From: Macrostomum lignano
Lineage: Eukaryota
NCBI GenBank assembly: GCA_002269645.1
Contig: NIVC01003121.1
Location: 5,243 to 69,242 of the forward strand
Length of the DNA: 64,000 bases
Direction: 5' to 3'
Made by a program: the position numbers and the translations under genes. Positions 1-10,718 of this stretch are shown here, one piece after another. A model generated the notes under the pieces. It worked only from the letters and a program-made list of their open reading frames with translations. It searched no databases and was not told the DNA's origin. How positions within the stretch are numbered: position 1 is the stretch's first letter; each line of letters begins with the position of its first letter.

Positions 1-1694
1 TGGTGCCAACGTTGGACGCCACCAAGGCCTGGCTGGCCAAGAATCCCGCGGACACGGCGGCTGCGGCTGGCGATTCGCCTCCAGAGCTGCTGGCCGCGGC
101 CTGCGGCAGCGCCGGATTCAAGGCGCACCTGCTGGGCGAGCTGCAGCAGCTGGGCAAGCAGAAGGGGCTGCAGAGCTTCGAGCAGGTTGGTTGCTGGATT
201 TGCTGGCTGACTGGGCTGCCGCTTCCAGTAGCTTGGACTGACGGGTGATATCATGTGGTCTAAAGTGATGATCTTAGGTGACCTTGAATGGTGATCTGAG
301 GTAACCTTGAATGGTGATCTGAGTTGATCTTGAATGATGATCTGAGGTGACCTTGAATGGTGATCTGAGGTGACCTTGAATGGTGATCTGAGGTGACCTT
401 GAATGGTGATCTGAGGTGACCTTGAATGGTGATCTTAGGTGACCTTGAATGGTGATCTTAGGTGACCTTGAATGGTGATCTGAGGTGACCTTGAATGGTG
501 ATCTGAGGTGACCTTGAATGGTGATCTTAGGTGACCTTGAATGGTGATCTGAGGTGACCTTGAATGGTGATCTTAGGTGACCTTGAATGGTGATCTGAGG
601 TGACCTTGAATGGTGATCTTAGGTGACCTTGAATGGTGATCTGAGGTGACCTTGAATGGTGATCTGAGGTGACCTTAGGTTTTCTCCGATAACCTTCAGT
701 GTTCACAGGGTGGCTGGCTTTCGGTGATCTGATAAGTTTAACCCTATCGAACCCGGTACCATGGCCCACAGCTTTGCCGGCTTGCTATCATAGACAACTT
801 TTTTAAGCCTGCAGAAATCTTAGCCGCAAGAACACAGACTTACAGGTGACGGATTTGAATCGTAGTCTAAAAAAAGTATAAAAACACGAGAAAGGTAACC
901 ATTTTTTGCAGGAGGTATGGAAAAAAGAACTGATATTTGACGTTTTGAAGAATTTGTTTCCTGTGTTTCGACCCCATCTGACATTGGAACGAGAAGAAGA
1001 AACGGATACGTACTCAAATTTCGTACACTGCACAGGATAAGTTGCGCAAACTTGTGCAAACTCTGAACACTGGCTGAGGAGTCACAGGGAACAGGGAGTG
1101 CACTTAAACAAATAAACTGCATGGCCATATTGGATACCAAAAGCTCTAATTTAAATAACTTGTAATGTAACAGCGATACAAAATAAAGCCTAATAAAGCC
1201 TTACAAACAGGATATATACACAAATGGAAAGCGTACTAAAATGTATAATACACAAAATAGTATATAAGGTAACACAGAAAAAGAAAAAAATAACGGCAAT
1301 AAAGAAACACACAAACCAGGCGGTCAATCGGTGGAGCTGTGAATTAAAGAAGAACGAAATGAAGCAATTATAAACGCTGTAAAATAAGAAGCGTGAGTGA
1401 GACCCAAAGGCATCAAGTCTCAGTTAACTTTGAGACCATTTTAGGTTTCCGTTGAGATATCTTGAGTGATTCTGAGTGTCTTAACTTCAATTCATGCCTA
1501 AGCTTTTTAAAATATAAACTCAACATCGCCTCCACCTCAACAACCCTCGCCAGGTGAAGGCCATCCTGCTGCACCCCGAGCCTTTCAGCGCCGAGAACGA
1601 CCTGATGACGCCCACGATGAAGCTGAAGCGGCCGCAGTTGCGCAAGCGGTTCGCCGACGCCTTCGACGCCATGTACGCAGAGGTGGAGCCGTGA
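1..1694 (+). CDS. ACSL: Long-chain fatty acyl-CoA synthetase, last two exons (partial; left-arm copy)
   Basis: Exons <1-185 (..LGKQKGLQSFEQ, donor GTTGGT) and 1554-1694 (VKAILLHPEPFSAENDLMTPTMKLKRPQLRKRFADAFDAMYAEVEP*), a typical ACSL C-terminus. Confidence 0.88.
262..676. repeat. 23-bp minisatellite (TGGTGATCTGAGGTGACCTTGAA)n in ACSL last intron
   Basis: About 18 tandem units; mirror at ~56434-56845. Confidence 0.95.
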
Positions 1695-1843
1695 GGCGCC
1701 GTGTCGCCTGATCACCCCATTGCCTCATTAATCAGAGGAGATTATTTAAAAACTCCCTAAACTTCCCACTAGATATCCTGTTGACTCTACTGTTAGTAGC
1801 GTGCAAAGTCTGTCATTTTTTGCAGTTGATGGACAATCAAAGT

Positions 1844-1943
1844 AGAAAGACGCTGCACTCACAAATCCTGCAACATTCGACAGTATGATGATGAGAAAGA
1901 CGCTGCACTCACAAATCCTGCAACATTCGACAGTATGATGATG
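1844..1943. repeat. 50-bp perfect tandem duplication leading into the GAT array
   Basis: agaaagacgctgcactcacaaatcctgcaacattcgacagtatgatgatg occurs at 1844 and 1894. Confidence 0.9.
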
Positions 1944-2703
1944 ATGGTGATGATCATGATGATGATGGTGATGATCATGATGATGATGGTGATGATCATG
2001 ATGATGATGGTGATGATCATGATGATGATGGTGATGATCATGATGATGATGGTGATGATGATCATGATGATGGTGATCATGATGATGATGGTGATGATGA
2101 TCATGATGATGATGGTGATGATGATCATGATGATGGTGATCATGGTGATGATGGTGATGATGATAATGATGATCATGATGATGATGGTGATCATGATGAT
2201 GATGGTGATGATGATCATGATGATGGTGACCATGATGATGATGGTGATGATGATCATGATGATGATGGTGATGATGATCATGATCATGGTGATCATGGTG
2301 ATGATGATCATGATGATGATGGTGATGATGATCATGATGATGATGGTGATGATGATCATGATGATGGTGATCATGATGATGATGGTGATGATGATCATGA
2401 TGATGGTGATCATGATGATGATGGTGATGATGATCATGATGATGATGGTGATAATGATAATGATGATCATGATGATGATGGTGATCATGATGATGATGGT
2501 GATGATGATCATGATGATGGTGATCATGATGATGATGGTGATGATGATCATGATGATGGTGATCATGATGATGATGGTGATGATGATCATGATGATGGTG
2601 ATCATGATGATGATGGTGATGATGATCATGATGATGATGGTGATGATGATCATGATGATGGTGATCATGGTGATGATGATGATGATGATGGTGATCATGA
2701 TGG

Positions 2704-2734
<31 letters not shown>
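1935..2734. repeat. Compound (GAT/GGT/CAT)n trinucleotide microsatellite
   Basis: About 800 bp of ATG/GTG/ATC triplets; mirror at ~54399-55176. It explains the His-rich and Met/Ile-rich ORFs. Confidence 0.95.
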
Positions 2735-2736
<2 letters not shown>

Positions 2737-3299
2737 GGACTCAGCCTCCGAACTCGCAATTGAAGTTCAGTAAATAATAAAGTTTAAAAAATGGTGATTA
2801 GAGATCATATCTGAAGTTAAATGTATTTTTTGAAACTAATGCTAGACTTGCGAGTGCAGCGTCCCTGTACTTTAGAGTTGTCCGTGATGCAGTGTTGTGG
2901 AAACTTGAGTTTATTCCCCTACCAAAAAAGGCTCGCTGCGCATTAATTCCGTTTTTTGTTTCTTAGAAAAGCCGCGCAAGTTCCTGCCGAGCATTTACCG
3001 TATTCCGCTGTTTGCAATATTCGGCTCTATAAACATTTTAAACAACTTCCAAATCATTAAAATTGGTTGTTTTGCTAATATTAATTAGACACTTTGACCG
3101 CTTGGAGCTGTTCATCGAATGCTTTAATAACAATGTGTAAGAAATATTATATAATACTAGCACAATACACTTTTTGCTATCCAGTCTGATCGAACTGCCG
3201 CTTCTGTGGATTGAAAGTACCGTTTCGAATTTTGTTTCGTTTGGGCTGGCGTTTTTATTATTTCCGGCCCTTTAAACAGATCCCGGCTGAAGCACATGT

Positions 3300-4420
3300 A
3301 GCTCCCGAAATTCGGAATCCCACAATCCTGAATTCTTGAATCCTATCCTGCATTTCTGAATCCAATCCCAAATTTCCGAATTATACAATCCCGAATTTCC
3401 GAATCCTATAATACTTAATTTCCGAATCCTACAATTCTGAATTTCGGAATCCACCCCGAATTTTCGAATTATACAATCCCGAATTTCTGATCCTACAATC
3501 CTGAATTTCCGAATCCAATCCTGAATTTCTGAATCCAATCCCGAATTTTCAAATGCAATCCTGAATTTTGGAATTCAATTCCGAATTTCCGAATTATACG
3601 ATCCTTAATTTCCGAATCCTAAATCCGGAATTTCCAAATCCTACAATCCTGCAATCTGCAGTACTGCAATCATGAATTTCGGAATCCTGCAATCCAGAAT
3701 TTCTGAATCAGACATGTAAAATTCTGAATTTCCAAATCCCACAATCCTGAATTTCCGAATCCTAAAATCCTGAATTTCCGAATCCCACAATCCTGAATTT
3801 CCGAATCCCACAATCCTGAATTTCCGAATCCTACAATCCTGAATTTCCGAATCCTACAATCCTAAATTTCCGAATCCTACAATCCTGAATTTCCGAATCC
3901 CACAATCCTGAATTTCCGAATCCTACAATCCTGAATTTCCGAATCCTACAATCCTGAATTTCCGAATCCTACAATCCTGAATTTCCGAATCCTACAATCC
4001 TGAATTTCCGAATCCTACAATCCTGAATTTCCGAATCCCACAATCCCGAGTTTCCGAATCCTACAATCCCGAGTTTCCGAATCCTACAATCCCGAGTTTC
4101 CGAATCCTACAATCCCGAGTTTCCGAATCCTACAATCCTGAATTTCCGAATCCTACAATCCTGAATTTCCGAATCCTACAATCCTGAGTTTCCGAATCCT
4201 ACAATCCTGAGTTTCCGAATCCCACAATCCCGAGTTTCCGAATCCTACAATCCCGAGTTTCCGAATCCTACAATCCCGAGTTTCCGAATCCTACGAGTAC
4301 AATCCCGAGTTTCCGAATCCCACAATCCCGAGTTTCCGAATCCCACAATCCCGAGTTTCCGAATCCTACAATCCTGAATTTCCGAATCTCACAATCCTGA
4401 GTCTCCGTATCCCGAATATC
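3300..4420. repeat. 23-bp minisatellite (AATCCTGAATTTCCGAATCCTAC)n
   Basis: Homogeneous core with degenerate edges; shorter mirror at ~52915-53830. Confidence 0.93.
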
Positions 4421-5048
4421 TGACTGTGTTTTGGGGGTTTCCGAACACAGAATTCTCAAATCCGGGCCGAGATTTGATCTAAGCCGTTAATTCCTGCATC
4501 CGCCTGCCCTGAGTCGCATTGGCCATGACTTCTCATCATGAATTCTACACATGGCGTCCAGCTATGTACGAATTAGTCTGCGCATGCGGAACACACCAAC
4601 CAGCCTTCCAACTGTAATCCTTTGTCTGTTAATATTTAATGCCTGCAATGCTTGCACATGCAGCGGGTCGCAGGTCACGTAAGTTTGCAGTCCGCTGTAA
4701 TTAATAATCTCTCACACCTGTGTCAGGTTTTTCATTTGCTACACGCGCGCCCATGCAACAAACGCACCGTGAGCTGGCGTTTCTATAGCAACATTCAGTA
4801 CAATTGATACAATATATATTTCTGTGTATACACATATTATGGTTAGCACATATATTTTAACTTAGCTATTCCTTCCATCGATAAATACATGCATTCGCGA
4901 TTGTGAGAAGCGTCATCTGCAGCGATAATGTCAGAGTTTGTACAGTAATAAGCGGTATATGTACCTGCGCGCCAGCGCTTATTCAACTCGCCGGCCAAAT
5001 TAATCTTTCATCGCGTTCTCGGCTTGCCGCAGTGTCCATATAGCCAGC

Positions 5049-5762
5049 ATGCAACAGCAGCATCTGCGGCTGAGCTCTGCTGGGCATGGCAGAAAGCCGA
5101 ATCATCATCGGAGGCGGCAGCACCACCAACTGCATCGGCTGCTAGAGCTGCCTGAACAGCAGCAGAGCTCGGCCATAGACAATGGGATCAGTAAACCGTC
5201 GGAGGATTTCGGAGCGGCGGGCAGCGTCCTCTGGCAGAACTTTAGCCGGAATTTCCGAAGCGCTCTGATTGAAACTCGCCTGCGGGCCAAGCGGCAGGAG
5301 GCTGCAGAGGCGCCGGAGGCAGCGGGGACGGCAGCGACGGCGGCGACGGCATCGACGGGTCCGGATGGCACGGAGAGCTGCAGCGTTAAGAAGAGTCCCG
5401 GAGTGCAGCAGCAGCAGCTCAGGTATCAGCAGCTTCGAGCCCGCCGACGCTGGCATCTGCTGCGGCAGAACCTGGGCCGCGTGGTGCAGGCGGCGCAACA
5501 GAAAGACGACCTATCTGTCCGGATTGCAAAGCCCCAGCAACAGCAGCAGCTCACCGGCTGGGAGCTGTTCAGCCGCACCGGACCGAGAATCCGTCAGCAG
5601 CTCTACTCGCGCTACAGTTGCGGCCACGGCGGAGTGACCGCCGCCTCCGCCGCGGTTATCGCGAACCTGCCGAGCGCTCCCGACCAGCCGATGGCAACTG
5701 TCGGCCTTCCAGCGCTGCCAGCAGCGTCGCGTAGTAGGAATCGTCGAGGCAATCAGCAGTGA
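5049..5762 (+). CDS. Hypothetical single-exon protein, 237 aa
   Basis: ATG-initiated GC-rich ORF. All indels relative to the mirror copy are multiples of 3. Trp-containing blocks WQNFSRNFR, RARRRWHLLRQNL and GWELFSRTGPRIRQQLYSRY. Confidence 0.6.
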   Translation: MQQQHLRLSSAGHGRKPNHHRRRQHHQLHRLLELPEQQQSSAIDNGISKPSEDFGAAGSVLWQNFSRNFRSALIETRLRAKRQEAAEAPEAAGTAATAATASTGPDGTESCSVKKSPGVQQQQLRYQQLRARRRWHLLRQNLGRVVQAAQQKDDLSVRIAKPQQQQQLTGWELFSRTGPRIRQQLYSRYSCGHGGVTAASAAVIANLPSAPDQPMATVGLPALPAASRSRNRRGNQQ

Positions 5763-6368
5763 ATTTGGAGTAATCACGAGTAACTTCGACTCATGCTCAT
5801 CAATGCTCATCGACTCGTTCTAAACTCATGAAGTTTTTTTACACCGTACATTGTAATGCTAAATAAGAACGCGCATTGTTAAAAGCTCTAGAAAATGATA
5901 ATTGCACTAAAAACTGCCAAGCTGCGCGCCGACAGCTCTGTCTGCCTGTCTGTCTTTCCCCCCCCTAGTGTCAGAACTGTGGCACAGTTGGCAGGGCTCC
6001 CTACTGGCCAAAGTGCTAAGCTACTGCTAGCAATTTCTCACTCGCTCTTGCTCTGCAAGTGGCACACTGGCGGCAGCTGAGGGCGAACGCATTGTACAAG
6101 AGCTGCTGCTGCACTGCTATTCGGCGGGCGGACTGTTAAGGCACTCTGTAGACAATGAAAATGTCTACTTAGCAACGGGTCTCTCTCCCATCTTTTTCTA
6201 CACCTTTCTATCACTTACTCTAAGTCTTAGTCCGAGTATTTTTGCCTTAGGAAGCTCAACTTCATCGGAACGAGAAACTGTTTCGAGTAGATTAAACTGA
6301 AAGCTAGCGGCGAGGCTTTTGAATAAGTCACTGAGAATCAAATCAAGGTCACCGTATAACTGGGCAAA

Positions 6369-9216
6369 ATGGACGGAGAAGCAGTGGAAGCTGCTCAAGA
6401 AACAGCAGTTGAAGAAGCAGCCGAAGGAACAGCCGAAGAAGCGGGTGAAGCAGCAGATAAAGCAGGTAAAGCAGCAGATGAAGCAGCAGATGAAGCAGGT
6501 AAAGCAGCAGATGAAGCAGGTAAAGCAGCTGAAGAAACAGGTGAAGCAGCTGAAGAAGCAGCAGAAGAAGCAGGTAAAGCAGCTGAAGAAGCAGCTGAAG
6601 AAACAGGTGAAGCAGCTGAAGAAGCAGGTGAAGCAGCAGAAGAAGCAGCTGAAGAAGCAGGTGAAGCGGCTGACGAAGCAGCTAAAGAAGCAGGTGAAGC
6701 GGCTGAAGAAGCAGGTGAAGCGGCTGAAGAAGCAGCTGAAGAAGCAGGTGAAATAGCCGAAGAAGCAGCAGATAAAGCAGCTGAAGAAGCAGCTGAAGAA
6801 GCAGGTGAAGAAGCAGGTGAAGCAGCCGAAGAAGCAGCTGAAGCAGCTGAAGAAGCAGCTGAAGAAGCAGCTGAAGCAGCCGAAGAAGCAGCTGAAGAAG
6901 CAGCCGAAGAAGTAGCCGAAGAAGCAGCTGAAGAAGCAGCTGAAGAAGCAGCCGAAGAAGCAGCTGAAGAAGCAGGTGAGAAAGGTGATGGGAACAGGAG
7001 GTCAAGCAGGATCATAGCGATAGCAAAACGAGGATTATATATGATTTTATTATAATTTTATTAAAGGAAATTAGGAAAAGTAAAAACACTAGGGATTAAA
7101 AGTGAAGCTCCACATCGCCATCAATTCTCCCCTCACCCCCGCCCGACCGCAGAGCCGCCCCCGGACTACGAGGTCACCCGGGCGCGCATCGACGAGCTGA
7201 ACGCCCAGCTGGAGAGCGAGCCGCTGCCGGAGGAGGAGACCCAGCGCAGGCCGACGCGAATCCGCTTCCAGGAAGGGACGGACAGCTTTGAAGTGCCGGA
7301 GCACTACCACGAGGCGCTTTCAGCAGCGGGCGTGTCGGCGGAGGAAGCGAAGAAGTACTATCGCACATTCAAGCTATTCGACGCGGATGGATCCAACAGC
7401 ATCGATGCCGGAGAGCTTTACAGCTGTCTGCAGGTTTCAGGCCAGGTGAGAGTGCAGTTGGAGCTCACCTATGCTCGTAGCCTAGCGTGTGTGTGTGCTC
7501 AGGTTACCGATATTCGTAATTCTCTCCTGTCTGAAGTTGTCCCCGAAAACCTGACCAACTAACGCCAAGCAATCCATGACTTCCACCAGGCACCGGAAAG
7601 CCAGGAGGAAATCCAGCAGATGCTGTCGGAGAGCGACACGGACGCCAGCGGCAGCATGGAATTTGTGGAATTCGCCTCGCTGATGTCGCGTCTTTGCAAG
7701 CCGGAGGCGGACGTGCGCCAGCAGCTGGTGAGCAGCTTCCAGGTGTTTGACAAAGACCAGAGCGGCTACTTGGACCGGGAGGAGCTGCGCGACGCCATCT
7801 ACAGCATGGGGCCGGTGGAGCTTTCCGAGGAGGAGTTCGACGAACTGCTCAGCGCGGTGGACAAGAACGGAGACGGCCGCATCGACTATGAAGGTGAATT
7901 TTAGTGCGCAAGAACACCTTGCTTGCATTGCATTTGTTCGCGAAATAAAAGTTCGAGTAAGAATATAGGCTGGTCTAGTTTGTGCATTCAATTGATTTCT
8001 TTTCAGAGTTTGCCGCGATTCTTTTAACTGACATCAATCAGCTGATTCAGACTACAAAAGAAGAGATGCAACGGAAAGGGTGAGATTTAAATAGAAATTT
8101 ATGTTTTGAAAAGTGACCATGGCTTTACTTGTAGTTTAAAGTACGAGTACGCTCTTTTGCAGGCATCCAGCACACCCGGAACATCCGGAACATCCTGAGC
8201 ACCCTGAGCATCCTGAGCATCCTGAGCACCCTGAGAATCCTGAGCATCCTGAGCATCCTGAGCACCCTGAGCATCCTGAGCATCCTGAGCATCCTGAGCA
8301 TCCAGACCAATCAGACAAAGAGAAAAGTCGCGGGAATGGAAGGAAGGGGGCTGGAGCAGCTGCAGTTTCAATCTCTAGGTCTGGTGGAGCTGAAGGAGCT
8401 GATGCCGCGACTATAGGTGAAGCTCCAGTGGAGGAACCATCAGCTGAAGAAGAACCACCCATTGAGGAACCTCCTGCTGAAGAGCCGCCAGCTGAAGAGC
8501 CACAAGCTGAAGAGCCGCCAGCTGAAGAACCACAAGCTGAAGAACCACCAGCTGAAGAACCACCAGCTGAAGAACCACCAGCTGAAGAACCACAAGCTGA
8601 AGAACCACCAGCTGAAGAACCACCAGCTGAAGAACCACCAGCTGAAGAACCACCAGCTGAAGAACCACCAGCTGAAGAACCACCAGCTGAAGAACCACCA
8701 GCTGAAAAACCACCAGCTGAAGAACCACCAGCTGAAGAACCACCAGCTGAAGAAGAACCACCAGCTGACGAAGAACCACCAGCTGAAGAACCACCAGCTG
8801 AAAAAGATCCACATCTTGAGGAAAAACCAGTTGAAGCACCGCAAAGTCAGGAACCACATGTTGTACCCGCTGGGCAACCAGGTGTTTTTGTTTCTGTACA
8901 GCCAGGTGCTGTGCAAGTTGAACAGCCAGTGGTGGTACCAGCAAATCAGCAATCGGATGAGAAATCGCATGCCTCAGGTGGCATCCAACTTCAATTCAAT
9001 GCTGGGGATGATTCACAGAAGCAGAATCAAGTACAGGCCGATGTGAAACAGAAGGACGCTCATGGTCAGCATCAAGTTAAAATTAAAAGACAGTCTGCCA
9101 AGTCTCGAGATGACCGATCTAGGCAGTCATCCGGTCATAGCTTCAAATCAGGCTCTCGGAAGTCGGCATCAAAGCCAAATTCAAAATCAGGTGGCGGTTC
9201 CAGTGACTCAGACTAA
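6369..9216 (+). CDS. Calmodulin-like 4-EF-hand protein with acidic repeat tails (left copy, carrying a CCDC181-derived insert)
   Basis: Predicted exons 6369-6975, 7153-7445, 7590-7893, 8007-8079 and 8163-9216 total 2331 nt (in frame). EF loops DADGSNSIDAGE, DTDASGSMEFVE, DKDQSGYLDREE and DKNGDGRIDYEE. The first intron is inferred. Confidence 0.72.
6996..7268 (+). other. Captured fragment of CCDC181 (shortened intron 2 plus first ~116 nt of exon 3)
   Basis: Matches ~10997-11046 (aggtcaagcaggatcatagcg..gcaaaac..atgatttt) and ~11600-11809 (..gtgaagct.cacatcgc..gcag/AGCCGCCCCCGGACTACGAG..ATCCGCTTC). Absent from the mirror gene. Confidence 0.88.
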
Positions 9217-10718
9217 ATAGTTTTGAGAAAAAATGTACGGTAAAAACAGTGAGCGCTGTTTCTTAATTACGAATATATGCGCCATATTTATGAGACTGAC
9301 AATTTAGTTTTTTGACGACTCAGATATAATTAAAGCGCTTTATGATCTTTAATCCAACCGCAGAAGCCAAAACACAGTTTCAAAGAATCGCTCTGTTATA
9401 TTTTTAGCGGCTAAATACTCAATTATATAAACATTCTGTGTGTTGATAAAATTGCTTGTTATACATGTACATTAATTTGGGTCAGAGCTGTATAAATTTG
9501 ACTAAAAATGATATTGTAACTTTATTGATATTTTAACTTTTTTGATAAATTTGTTGAGATAGTCTTCACCTTAATGGAATTAAAACTGATAAGTTAAGTC
9601 TTATGGCTTTTTGAATAGCTTTTAAAAAAGAACTAATTTTACGCAACACCGGAACAATGATTGTTGTCATGGTAATTTGTTTAACTATGCAGAGACAAAT
9701 TTAACGTTGAAAAATGAGCTAATTTTGCAAAGGGTGTGCACTGCTCTGAAAACATTTTTGTACTATTGAATGCTTTCTTGCTGATAGCTTACTTCTTGTT
9801 GTTGGCATTTTTTAAAAATGCAACAAAAATGACGCACAAACTAATAACATACAAATAAACTATCATTAAAATAATAGCGTTGGCATCACTTTTAAATGAA
9901 AACCTGCCAAATGAGTCAATGACAAGTAGTCATAGGGATTCAAAGGATTTTTCACTGAAGTACGATTGTAATCACTCATTGATCTTCATCTATGCTTAAT
10001 AAATAGTTTTATACTAGTTTTGATTAGGTGAATAAAATACGATTAGGATAAAATAAATATATAATAGGTGTGAATTTTTTATTTCGAGACAGTACATTAT
10101 TACAACAAATAGAACAGACTTTGAAGTTAGGATGAAAGCAAAGCTGTAATTCTAAATAACAACTATGTTGATCTATCAATTTTCTAAATATTTTGTTCTT
10201 ATAATAATTTCCAGTGACTAAGGCCAATCAGATGTCTATTAAATATTCTGAGTGCTGATTCACTGCCATGTCATTGAATGGATTTCACACACACACACAC
10301 ACATATATATATGTATATTTACTCCTGTACTATATAGTGTTCTTTTCTACTAGAAAACTTTAGCAAAAAATAATAAAATATTACTTATATTACTTATGAG
10401 ATATGAATAAACTAATAGATAAATTATTTGCTATCAGTTTAAAGAAAATATCATTTAAGTCTTTTTTATTATTTAGGTGACAATTTTTTCAAGTAAACAT
10501 TGCAGAACAGATAAAACCTTTTTTATGCTTAAAAATACCATCTAGAACTTGTTAATCTGTTATCTGTTGAGTCCAGAAGGTTATTGTAAATTCTAGCAAA
10601 GTGACTAACACATTGTTTTGATATTGAAATTTCAGCTCAAAATCAACTTTTTGAACTGTTTTTTAACCAAAACATCTTCCAGACCGCCGAGCCCCAGCAG
10701 CCGCCCCCATCGGCAGGC

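Noticed and set aside
262-676. CRISPR-like arrays (here and at the other 21-24-bp repeats)
   Set aside because: Units are head-to-tail with no unique spacers, there are no cas genes, and the context is eukaryotic introns.
738-770. TTAACCCT telomere-like seed / GTTCGA box
   Set aside because: Single isolated occurrence with no array or tRNA fold.
1746-2759. 337-aa His/Asp-rich ORF (and its mirror 54376..55365) as a metal-binding protein
   Set aside because: It is just the reverse-strand translation of a GAT microsatellite that is open in several frames; it has a non-ATG start, no splice context and lies antisense to the ACSL 3' region.
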